Shown: piece by piece, positions 37,801 through 45,900 of the stretch
Numbering within the stretch: the first letter of the stretch is position 1
Layout: each line of letters starts with the position of its first letter
Assembly: GCF_000002075.1 (NCBI RefSeq)
Contig: NW_004797628.1
Span: forward strand, 401,682 to 465,681
From: Aplysia californica
Lineage: Eukaryota
Direction: 5' to 3'
DNA: 64,000 bases
Notes under the pieces: model-generated
The model's database searches: none
What the model was told of the DNA's origin: nothing
Seen by the model: only the letters and a program-made list of their open reading frames with translations
Made by a program: the position numbers and the translations under genes

Positions 37801-40800
37801 GGCATCGGGACGTTAACGCGCCGATTTGTCATTGAAAACGGCGGAAATTCGAGAGAAATTGATGTAGAATGCAAAAATAAAAGGAGCTCCGCTTGCTGCA
37901 CTTTGTGTTTGGTGCGATAAAGAAATCGCGGCCCGCGGCACTCCTGTACAATTGCGGTCCCGTTTGTTTACATGACGGCTATTGTGGCTGTTGAAGTGAA
38001 TCTAGATCTAGATCTAGATAATCTATCTCTAGATATAATCTAGATTTACACATATTTAGATATCTAGATTCTAGATCTAGATTAGATAGCCTAGGCTATA
38101 CTTTTAATTCAGGTTAGATCTACACTCTACAAAGGGACCACAAAGTTAAGTGCAAACGGGACCGCAATTGTACAGGAGTGCTCAGTACAGCGGCAAAGGT
38201 GTTGCCTCCTTGATCCAATACTGCGCGCGCTCTACATCGATGTACAAGTTTAAAGTGAAAGAAATCTTTCTATAAGACACCAGCTTGCAACAAACACTGG
38301 ATTTTTAGTCACCAAGTCCAAACTGTGTCAAATTGACTCAAATGCTTGTTTGTCTATTTAGTGCCTTTATTGGTTTTTTGTTGTTTTTTTGTTGTTGTTG
38401 TTTTTTTTTCAAATACATTTTAATTCAGTTGCCTATGGTTAATAAATATGACAGTTTTCCCTTCCAAAACCATAGGCTAGATTTTCCAGTACATATTGCC
38501 TCTGGATCTCACTGGTTTTACTCCGGCCTTCGGAGAGCGCGCGCATCCGCCTTCGCATGAATTTCCTCCTTTTTTGAAATTCCTGAGTGGTAGCTATGAT
38601 GAGGGCAAAGTACTGGGGACTTGATTCAGTCCCTCTGATTTTTCTTGTTTGTCATGGTTTTATTGCTGGCACTTGTGAAGCATGAACTGAAGAGTAAGAA
38701 AAGTCCTAACAAGAAGAATCTGTTTCATATGTACGGACCCAATGTTTGTAATGGAGGACAGGGCTTTTTATGTGTCTACAATAACCCAGATTGTCTTGAC
38801 ACACCAATTCATAAGCAAAAACGCATCAACTTTATTTGTATGTTTATTGGAAATGACCACGGGCAGTATGTCTGTATACAGTCGAACCCGCTCAAACAAC
38901 CAGCTGTCAAAGACAGTCACTAGTACAAATGAAATGGCCTCTTCCCACTTCCCTCTTGCATTGTTTTTTAAAAAGCAATTGAGACACTGTCCAAGACGTC
39001 CACTTGTCTGAGACAGTCACTTTTCTCCTTGACAGTGGACGGCTGTCTTGGACAATTTCAACTGCATTTTGGTATTTCAGTTCCCACTGAAACGTGTCGT
39101 TTAATGTAAAGAAGAGACTTGACTAAAATGGAGCCAGTGTCTGTCAAAGAAAGAAATAAAGTCAAAATTGGTAGAATGGAGTGGGGTTATTTTTCATCGA
39201 ATATCGTGAGTACAAATAGTGTGAAATAAGTTTATGCCATTAAAAGGTGCTTCGAAGACGGCTGTACAAACTTCAAGGTTCATGTCGAGGTAGCCCAGAC
39301 TGGACCAAGTAACGGGAAAGAAATCAAAAAGGAATTTTAACAGACAGAAAAATGTTCTCATGGAGTTTTCTGTAGTAAAATGACCTTATATTGCCTACAT
39401 TTTTAGCTTTTTGTGTTATTTCAGGAAGCTTACATGGAAGTTGTTCAGCCTTTTGTCAAGAAATACAGAGACAAGATGATCCTTTACTTGGATGAATTGT
39501 CTGTAAGTTGTTAATAAATATTGCTAGTGATAGCTTACTGTATTTATTCTTTCTTGTGTAATCTATCGTAGCCTGTCCTATCATTTGTATTTTAAAATAT
39601 TGTTACTGTAGAACATATTTTGCTGTGTACGTGTTTGCAGTCTGTTTCCAAAGCAGGCTAATTTTGTCAGTTCTTCGAAGAAAAAAAAGTTATTGCATTA
39701 TTTTACTTGCCCATTTTTGTCCACATATGTTGTCTTTTTTGTACTCTCATTCTCTGGATAAAAAATAAAATCAAAATGGGGGTAAATGCCAATTTGAGCT
39801 TCAGTCATATCTTTCAGGTATTAGGGCTTGAAACATGATATTCTCAGCTGTAATGTTCACATTCTGAAGTTGTAGGTCCTATTTAATATTTTTACCTAAG
39901 CGTACCAGCTTATTTACTTTCAAGGGATTTTAGTCATTAATATTGCTAAGATTTTCAAAATCGTATGAGTCTGAAGTAGTGCATGAAACTAAGATTTTAC
40001 TGTATTTACTTTTCAGTTTTAAAAATTTCAAAAGAGACTAAAGATTCTGTTTTGCAAGTTATTAAATAGAGGGGGGGGGGGTGTGTGTGTATGAGAAAGC
40101 TTAGGGTTTTTTTGGTCCTGTTTTCTTGGACCGGCTTTAATAAGCCTAATGACTTATTATGTGGCAAGTGCCGTAAACCCATATTAAAACAAAAACCTGA
40201 TGAGTTAAAATGTATCCTCATTTCTCAGAATGTGCCAAAGGAGCCATTGAGCCATGAAGTGTTACCAGGTGACCCAGCCCGAGAGCTGGCAACGATCCAC
40301 CAGCTTTGTGCCACCCATCTAGAGTCACTCAAGTCCCATATGCTCACACAGGTGAGACACTTTTGTAGCCTTTTTAATGCTTTACACTTTGTTTTCTGTT
40401 GCCTTTATCTTGTTCCAATTTCGAGATTGTGCATATCTCAGCCAAAAAGTCTCTCATGGAATGTGCTCGATCATTGATGAGATTTTGAATGTGTTGACTG
40501 CACTATGATAGATAAATATTGAAGAAAATCAGTCATGAACTCTAGAACTAGGTCAGCTATGGGCAGATTGTATTCTGGTGACCATGAAGTTTAGAATGAA
40601 AATGTACAAGCAATGTATGCCAAAAAATCAAGTCGAATATAACCGAGATAAAGTTGAAGATTCGGAGATTGTAAGACAACATTTATAAACAGCACAAGCC
40701 TGGTTCACTGTTCATTGGACAGCAAATGAAACAGTGTTTAATGAAAACTGGAAAGACATGAAAAAAGTGTTTACAGAAACAGCCGAAGAACTGCTGGGAG

Positions 40801-42914
40801 AGAAAAAAAATTTTTAAAATAAAAAGTAAAGATATATCTGAAGTTTTAAATCTGGCGGAAGAGAAAAGCCAAGCCTGCAAAGGCAATGACAAAGCTGAAT
40901 ATGAAGACATAAAAGAGAAGTAAGAAGAAAATCATCTTGAGACAAGGCAGAATGGCTGGGAAAAGAATGCAAATTGTGGCTGAAGTAAAATTTGAAAGAG
41001 AAATCAAAGGCAATGTTCAACCAAATAAAGAAACTAAAACCTATAGACTTGTCAGCTAAAATTTTAGCATGAACGCCGAAAAGGTAAAACCCCAACAGAA
41101 ACAAAAGATGTTCTGAATAGATGGCTTGAGTACAGTAAGACACTAATTGATACCACACAACCACAGGAGTTGGTGAATGTTTCCCGTCTCGACCATCATG
41201 CACTGAGGCAAGTCTCCACATCAGTGAAGTAGAACTTATGAATGCGAAAAGAAATACAAAAACACACGTAATGGCAGTTGTGCAACAGGACAAAGTAGGA
41301 GCGAAAAGGAATGTAATGAAATGAAAGGACAGTGGTCTACAACTTTATGAGGGAGCTCTTGTAGTCTAGAGGTTACTGTGTTCGCCTCTCATTCAATAGG
41401 TCCTAGGTTCAAAATCTGACAGCAACAGAAAATTTTCTTCTCTAAAATTGTCCCCTTTCACCTCCTTTCCTGCTCTCTTACTGTGTTCTGTGGTCTACTT
41501 TTGTCTCCACTTTCTGCCACCACTGCGCCCCCCCCCCCCTTCTTTATATGTACTTGAGGTGCCTTAAGTGTGGCAAGTAAATGACAATATAGTTTCTCAA
41601 TTCGTTCATCGTTATTTTTGAGTATTTTATCCGTTTTCAATTTTTTAAAATCAATCTGTTATTTCTTTTGACAAGAGATTTCATTCTTTGCAATATTCTT
41701 TAGGATGGTTTGGGGGTTCTAAATATAGGTACCAGAAACTAAGTTTTCAAAGTAGCTGTATGCCAAAGTTATCTGTTCCACATGAAAGGCCTATATCCAT
41801 GAGCATTTTGGTACCCTTTAACCTCTCAGTCAATTTTTAAGAAAGTGGTAGTTGTTTAAAATTTTATCAAATTTGTTAAAGTCGGTCACTGGCTGCAACC
41901 CCATGTTTGACTGATAATAAAAGAGTACCAAGTGCTCTAAACATCTCCACATTAACAGAATACTATCACTATAACATATAGATGGAGCTTAATTTTTTTC
42001 AAGTCTGTGAGATCATTACAAATAGTATGTTATCACCTCAAACACGATGATCTGTTGTTATTTCAACAAAAACACAGAGCGTTGACCCGGACGGCACCGC
42101 ACCAGCCCCCGTGGCGAGCGAGTTGGCTCAATACTGTAGTGTACCCTGCATAGGGGTTACATGCTTTCCGAGTTTGCCGGAAGGATTGATGCAAAATAAT
42201 TCCAAGCTGATTACTTTATTCTAATAGGAAATAAACTGATGTTTCTATTGGTGCCTTTTTTGAGCCGGTAATTTACATATTTTGTCTTAAAAAATTATCT
42301 TTGAAAATTTTGATGTTATTTTTAAAGGCTTTCTATTTAAACATCAAATGCCAAAAATATACCAGGGGAAAGCCCATTCAAAGCTCTACAGTTCTTTGCC
42401 AATGAAAAGACAGTATTTAATCATCCATCTTTTCGCGAAGCATTTGAATGCACGCGTGTCAATTTTTGAACCACTGACCACCCATTCCGACCGCGAGGGG
42501 CTACGCTTTCCTCTGCGATTCTCCAGCTCCTAATAAGCAGGCATATAAACAACTTACACCACTGTAACGAGGAAAAGCTGAACTTTTACAAGGTGTGCGG
42601 CATTTGGTGTTTTGTAGCGAAAGAGCAAAGAAACAGCAATCTGACTTACCCCGATTTCACATTTAATACGCGCTCGGAAGGCCGTGTTTATGCTACTTAC
42701 TAAATGTAATGGAGAGAAAATGTTAAGTCGTATCTTCTAATCCTATCTTTCCATTCAGAGTAAAGTCTGAAATCTCTTGAAACAAATGAAAAAAGGCTCA
42801 CACTGTGTTCCTTTAAAAAAAATCTATATTTTCCCTTAGGTGTCAACAAAGAAAATTGTGGTTGTGACCGAGATGTTGACAAATCACAAGAAGCGTTACA
42901 TGGGCGACACGTGA
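13725..42914 (+). CDS. RASA1: Ras GTPase-activating protein 1 (p120-RasGAP), 24 coding exons, 908 aa
   Basis: Manually spliced exons give one 2727-nt ORF with domain order SH2-SH3-SH2-PH-C2-RasGAP; arginine finger FRA, FLRLLCPAILNP and AKVLQNLAN motifs; all GT-AG, phases consistent. Confidence 0.97.
14189..14235 (+). CDS. Candidate alternative RASA1 first exon (MTMCRKVFPLRRSRN-S)
   Basis: ATG plus 47 nt ending AG|GTGGTT, phase 2, in frame with exon 2; CpG-rich context; no homology support. Confidence 0.35.
14340..14462. repeat. Degenerate (TAGATC)n self-complementary hexamer array
   Basis: Directly visible; similar tracts at ~4007-4030, 5401-5413, 38001-38095. Confidence 0.85.
14609..15520. 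mobile_element. Non-autonomous DNA transposon, MULE-like (copy 2, inverted relative to copy 1)
   Basis: 9-bp TSD AACTGCAAA (14600-14608, 15521-15529); same termini (GGCC... / ...CACTTCG) and palindromes as 1757-2697. Confidence 0.85.
15684..16007 (-). mobile_element. tRNA-derived SINE copy (3' truncated)
   Basis: Reverse complement of 10144-~10470 including head with GGTTCGAAACC B box. Confidence 0.85.
16456..16610. mobile_element. Small Tc1/mariner-type MITE, decayed
   Basis: Similar to 34221-34414 and 38879-39064 (ccaagacaatca..., gtccaa...ccacctgtct). Confidence 0.5.
16679..16831 (+). CDS. RASA1: RASA1 exon 2 (N-SH2)
   Basis: WYHGRLDRQSAEECL...GSYLIRES; ttttacag| and AG|gtaatt. Confidence 0.97.
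17540..17675 (+). CDS. RASA1: RASA1 exon 3 (N-SH2)
   Basis: ILAMCGDYYIGGRQFESLSDLIGYY...PVPPAE; GAG|gtaag. Confidence 0.97.
17814..18748. mobile_element. ~0.9-kb TTAA-bounded non-autonomous element, piggyBac-like (copy 1, intron 3)
   Basis: Diverged reverse-complement match along its length to 41818-42726; TTAA at homology limits (left boundary approximate). Confidence 0.75.
19462..19532 (+). CDS. RASA1: RASA1 exon 4 (SH3)
   Basis: PVDDRRRVLAMFSYRKMPETDEL; AA|gtaagt. Confidence 0.96.
20014..20131 (+). CDS. RASA1: RASA1 exon 5 (SH3)
   Basis: FDKGDTFIVHNELENEWLWV...GLVPAQFVEDL; TTG|gtaagg. Confidence 0.96.
20866..20950 (+). CDS. RASA1: RASA1 exon 6 (C-SH2 start)
   Basis: KCDGDPVEALSYFHGNITKEEAVEKLMK; G|gtaatg. 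Confidence 0.95.
21562..21706 (+). CDS. RASA1: RASA1 exon 7 (C-SH2)
   Basis: GEGSYLIRPSENSPGDYSLFF...GGRYFD; AG|gtattt. Confidence 0.96.
22734..22818 (+). CDS. RASA1: RASA1 exon 8 (C-SH2 end)
   Basis: LDDIIKRYTSEEIVDGSKLVSAVYRTNR; AGG|gtatgt. Confidence 0.94.
23189..23330 (+). CDS. RASA1: RASA1 exon 9 (linker, PH start)
   Basis: YLNDID...VDGMEEIYSSI...MTGFLNKR; A|gttagt. Confidence 0.92.
23727..23809 (+). CDS. RASA1: RASA1 exon 10 (PH)
   Basis: DRKKLWKPFYFVLNGTEKYLYYFENEK; AAG|gtgagt. Confidence 0.95.
23992..24065 (+). CDS. RASA1: RASA1 exon 11 (PH)
   Basis: KSKPKGIIDLGYSALYPVHSSLFG; AG|gtatgc. Confidence 0.95.
24883..24970 (+). CDS. RASA1: RASA1 exon 12 (PH)
   Basis: PNCFQIVSNYDNNNEQICYVCADSSDLAQ; CAG|gtttgt. 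Confidence 0.94.
26173..26411 (+). CDS. RASA1: RASA1 exon 13 (PH end, C2)
   Basis: KWIQFLKPYC...AHRLP...HPYC...GANPFWSAEFFL; GA|gtgagt. Confidence 0.96.
28050..29510 (+). mobile_element. Decayed pogo/DDE_1-type transposon (transposase relic and right end) in intron 13
   Basis: Broken translation SNLADERG...PEHVMNNTKS...VPGGPHVTRYNKNVSGW (~28520-28762) resembles pogo-type DDE_1 motifs; terminus aaagtcaccccagtttactg|ta at 29510; left boundary uncertain. Confidence 0.6.
29630..29706 (+). CDS. RASA1: RASA1 exon 14 (C2)
   Basis: DIPPTVESFTVSLFNKIKRLKDTEI; G|gtaagg. Confidence 0.95.
30028..30205 (+). mobile_element. 5'-truncated retroposon 3' end (LINE tail family)
   Basis: Homologous to 32470-32625, 53645-53818, 53966-54130, 60530-60700(-); ends ...gtgccataaaactcttactaaaactaaaac. 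Confidence 0.8.
30294..30463 (+). CDS. RASA1: RASA1 exon 15 (C2 end)
   Basis: SVTVPLSDL...GSLRLKSRYQHEVIMPEDEYTSLKE; GAG|gtgtgc. Confidence 0.95.
30763..31933. mobile_element. hAT-like non-autonomous element in intron 15
   Basis: Termini CAGGGTGATTGC / GCAGTCACCCAG (2 mismatches) with repeated CCTGG(G)AAA subterminal motifs at both ends; TSD not clean. Confidence 0.55.
32470..32625 (+). mobile_element. LINE tail family copy
   Basis: Matches 30028-30205. Confidence 0.7.
32671..32833 (+). CDS. RASA1: RASA1 exon 16 (GAP)
   Basis: LLFDDEFDHILTLAQV...LLQIFRHERKEASLLCALNDKEIEKE; G|gtaact. Confidence 0.96.
33344..33775. mobile_element. ~430-bp MITE with ~30-bp imperfect TIRs, ATAT-flanked (copy 1)
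   Basis: GTGTCACGATGCTGTTGAATCAGGCGCTC ... GAGCGCCTGATTTCACCACAATGCCTCAC; direct copy at 59171-59611. Confidence 0.8.
33832..33974 (+). CDS. RASA1: RASA1 exon 17 (GAP, arginine finger)
   Basis: EVSTLFRAGSLATTLMVQYMK...KQSCE; GAA|gtaagt. Confidence 0.97.
34221..34414. mobile_element. Small Tc1/mariner-type MITE
   Basis: gtcagacc...ggtctgactg inverted ends; similar to 38879-39064. Confidence 0.55.
34564..34679 (+). CDS. RASA1: RASA1 exon 18 (GAP)
   Basis: LDPKFLENTTDQQSNSEFFLRLLTEVVESIFTSTEACP; CC|gtgagt. Confidence 0.96.
35314..35400 (+). CDS. RASA1: RASA1 exon 19 (GAP)
   Basis: TLRYVCNCLQKRAKTKWPADDTVKTRVV; AG|gtaagt. Confidence 0.96.
36500..36567 (+). CDS. RASA1: RASA1 exon 20 (GAP, FLR motif)
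   Basis: GFIFLRLLCPAILNPKSFNLVQ; G|gtaagt. Confidence 0.97.
37225..37313 (+). CDS. RASA1: RASA1 exon 21 (GAP)
   Basis: NPSETAARTLKLVAKVLQNLANLVDVGPK; AAG|gtactg. Confidence 0.96.
37551..38598 (+). mobile_element. hAT-like deletion derivative (CpG-rich) in intron 21
   Basis: 13-bp TIRs CATAGCTGCCACT / AGTGGTAGCTATG (1 mismatch); 6-bp direct repeat ATGAGG (37545-37550, 38599-38604); BED-finger-like coding remnant inside. Confidence 0.75.
37938..38181. mobile_element. Nested foldback/MITE with perfect 29-bp inverted repeats around a TAGATC-rich core
   Basis: GCACTCCTGTACAATTGCGGTCCCGTTTG (37938-37966) and its exact reverse complement (38153-38181). Confidence 0.8.
38879..39064. mobile_element. 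Small Tc1/mariner-type MITE
   Basis: ta|cagtcgaac ... tttcaactg ends; family with 16456-16610 and 34221-34414. Confidence 0.6.
39425..39502 (+). CDS. RASA1: RASA1 exon 22 (GAP)
   Basis: EAYMEVVQPFVKKYRDKMILYLDELS; TCT|gtaagt. Confidence 0.96.
40229..40351 (+). CDS. RASA1: RASA1 exon 23
   Basis: NVPKEPLSHEVLPGDPARELATIHQLCATHLESLKSHMLTQ; CAG|gtgaga. Confidence 0.95.
40480..41340 (+). mobile_element. Heavily decayed RTE-clade LINE fragment (endonuclease-RT linker region)
   Basis: Purine-rich; broken motifs SVMNSRT..GADC..DH, DKAEWLGKEC and VLNRWLEY typical of RTE ORFs. Confidence 0.55.
41351..41541 (+). mobile_element. tRNA-derived SINE copy (head and start of body)
   Basis: Matches 10144-~10330. 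Confidence 0.8.
41818..42726. mobile_element. ~0.9-kb TTAA-bounded non-autonomous element, piggyBac-like (copy 2, intron 23, inverted)
   Basis: TTAA|CCTCTCAGTC at left and GGAGAGAAAATG|TTAA at right; reverse complement of 17814-18748. Confidence 0.75.
42840..42914 (+). CDS. RASA1: RASA1 exon 24, coding part to stop
   Basis: ttcccttag|VSTKKIVVVTEMLTNHKKRYMGDT*, parallels vertebrate C-terminus LKKLLAITELL. Confidence 0.93.
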   Translation: MSTKKIVVVTEMLTNHKKRYMGDT

Positions 42915-45900
42915 CACACTGATAGATGATGGCATGCAACAGACTTCACTCATTGGAACCAATAGAAGCCAGGACCAATGTCAGGAACAGGAGACAGGTG
43001 TTGCCTGCATGTGCTGCTTAAAGTCCAGATGCCTGCATACTCAAAGGACAGGCGGTGTGGGGCGACTACAGTGAACAACCATTTTGGTTGAATGACAGGC
43101 CAGGCAGTACTGGTGACTATGACTTCAAGACTGGATTATCACCCTTGCATCACACTCCTGGCCTCCCCCCGAAACCTTCATTGCTGAATCAAGAGGACAA
43201 ACAGGAAGTGTGAGCTAAAACAGTTTTTCAAATGAGAAACATTCCTTGACTAGTCCCGTGCATTTTTGTCGACTTTAAAATTTCTTATTAGATTTGTCAG
43301 GCTAGTAGCCGACCAAAAAGAAGTGGTGCTGAATATTTTGGGTTTTAAAAAAATGTATAAATTGCTGTTTTCTTTTAGCAAATATCATTGGAGTTCGGAT
43401 GTTTTCGTTCTTGCCTGACTTAGAAAATTTTTTTTAGTTTCACATATCTCTTTGGGAAAGATGTTCACATTGTATTTCTGTCTGTCTTCTTCACTGCTTG
43501 GACAGGTCTTGTACCTATTCTGTAGCATAATTCTACCTTTGATGTCTAGCTCTGCCTCTTGCAATGTTTGTGCCTCTTTGTCTCTTGTTAATATTTTTTT
43601 AAGCACTGCATTTTTAGCACTAAAGTAAATACCATCCATAGTTGTTTCTTTACTTGTTTTTTTTTTAATGTAAAAGAAACCACAATTGTTTTTGGTTTAT
43701 TTTTTAAATATTTCAATTGAAAAGTAGTTAGCGAACATATGGGAACAACCCCCTGTGGACTTCGGGTCTTGACTGTATCCAAATTTGGCCTGGGCATTTT
43801 CATCTTTGTTTTGTAATTATGAATGTTTATATTTAATTGTATATTTATTTTGTTGTTTGTATTATGATATATTCACAGAGGCATGTGTGTTGTAAAAAGT
43901 TGTAAAATTACTTGAATAAGTCATCAGTCTTGGTTTTATAAATTATTTTGGTATGCTGAAAAATATTGATTATGGGGCGATTGTTTGAACACTTTTACAG
44001 TTTGATGGCTTAATGACACTTAAAGCCATGACATTTATTATTGCCAAAAGCAATATCTTTGTGATGCAGACTGCTTTTTGATGAGCCTTTGGCTCGGTGT
44101 CCTGTGCTGTGCTTTGTATCATGACTGTAGTGCTCATACAGTCAGGGAGTTCAATAACCTCAAAATGAGGTGAAAAGGGATGACTACGGATATGTGTAAC
44201 AAAGGGACCTTGACATATGGTAGATAGGGAATATCACCCAAGATGTGTTCATCTGATCTGCTTTTAATATCTAATTTTTTTTTTTTCTGAGATAGAATAC
44301 TCTACTGCATTGAAGGTATCAGTAGCAGAGGTTATAATTTTTACATATTGTTCATATTTTGTTCTTGTCATGTCGGCATTGATTTTTTGCTGTGGTCAGT
44401 AGAAGCAGTGGATATTCTTCATTTTTCAGTAAACAAAGTTAGAATGATTTAACTCTTTCTCTAAACAAGAGGAAATTCCTCTCTGGGGTGTGTGGAACGG
44501 GTATTTCAAAATGATGTCAATGGTCACTTGAAACATTGTACTGTAATTAAAGAAAAGCAGTTGTGATAGAGAAAAAAGTCTGCCGTCATGATACTACTGA
44601 AAGAGAACAAATCGACTGCTCGGAGTAGTCAGAGGAAGACTCTGTCAAACGCCAAAATAGCTTATCAATAAGTTTTACACAAAGCTGTCGAAATGTTGTT
44701 CATATTTTTTAGGTTCTGACAGGTACAGTGGAGTCCACTTAAACTGAACATGGTTAAACAAAAAATGGCAATAAATCAAAAGAAATTAGAATCCCAACGT
44801 TTTTTCTGCTTAGTTTATGTAAAGATACTATCGATTAACCAAAATGTTCCTATCTCTAAACCTAAAAGCATTTGAAGGGTAACATTGTCTAAATCTTCAC
44901 AAACATCCCTCTAGTAACATGTTAAATCATCAATTCTTATGCACTGCAGGAGAAAGAAATTTGAGAATGCATGTGTGTCAATTGAGGGCCAGAGAGGCAT
45001 TGCCAGTGTACTGTTTTCTTTAGTTTGTCACACTCATCAAGATGTTTGTGCACTTTGTAAGAGTCTAGTAATACAAGGATAGCCAATGTGTGTCTGCAGC
45101 ATGAACTTCGGTTGATTATGACCCTTTGTTTCTGTGAAGCTAGTCCACATAGGCCCTACACATGAGCATGTGACGGCACAAAGTGTGTTTTATATTGGAC
45201 TTTCTCGTTTCTCTAGCCCAGCACAGAGTAGTTTGCAGTGCAATGTGCTGATCTTCTCATTTTTCTGTCTTTTGTAATTTTTCGGTAGATTAACTTAGCA
45301 GAGAGTGTTAAAGAGAAAGCACAATGCATACATCCTGCAGTCCAAATTATAGTTACTGAAAAAAAGACAATGTAAATGAGAAAAAAACTTTCTTAAAATG
45401 AAATTTTCTGTTGTAAACTTGACATTCCCAACTCTACATTGCTGACAATCATCACTATTTGAGCAATCTCAAGAAACTGAAAACAGAGCCAGGCCGTAGA
45501 AAATCCGATGGTCCTGCAGGTTTCAGTTTAAGCAGACTCTACTGTAAGTGTTCTGATAAATTGGCTTTAGTATTGAGCTACGCAAAATTTGCATTTATAA
45601 TCCATTTGGCTCTTTCTGGTATTCCCTGAAGGTAATTAAGGCTGTGTGTCTACAGCAATTCAACTTTGTTTGAATCTCAGCACATGTAGTTTGGAATACC
45701 TTGGGCTCCAAAAGTATGGGTCTTTCACTCTTGGGATTTCTTGACAGCAGCCATGATTTGATAATGTTGGTGTTTGTTGAGTTAAAGAGAAGTCTTTGGA
45801 AGAGGTTTTTATGTACTTGCAAAAAAAACCAAGAGGGTTGACCAGAGAAACAACAGGGACAGTGAAGAAGGACCTGCCAGTTGTGCTCTCTGACCACTTG

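Noticed and set aside
40814-41293. 159-aa hydrophobic ORF on - strand
   Set aside because: Antisense shadow of a purine-rich decayed RTE fragment
42912-42929. Stop-codon readthrough at TGA-C of RASA1
   Set aside because: Next in-frame TGA follows after only four codons; no meaningful extension
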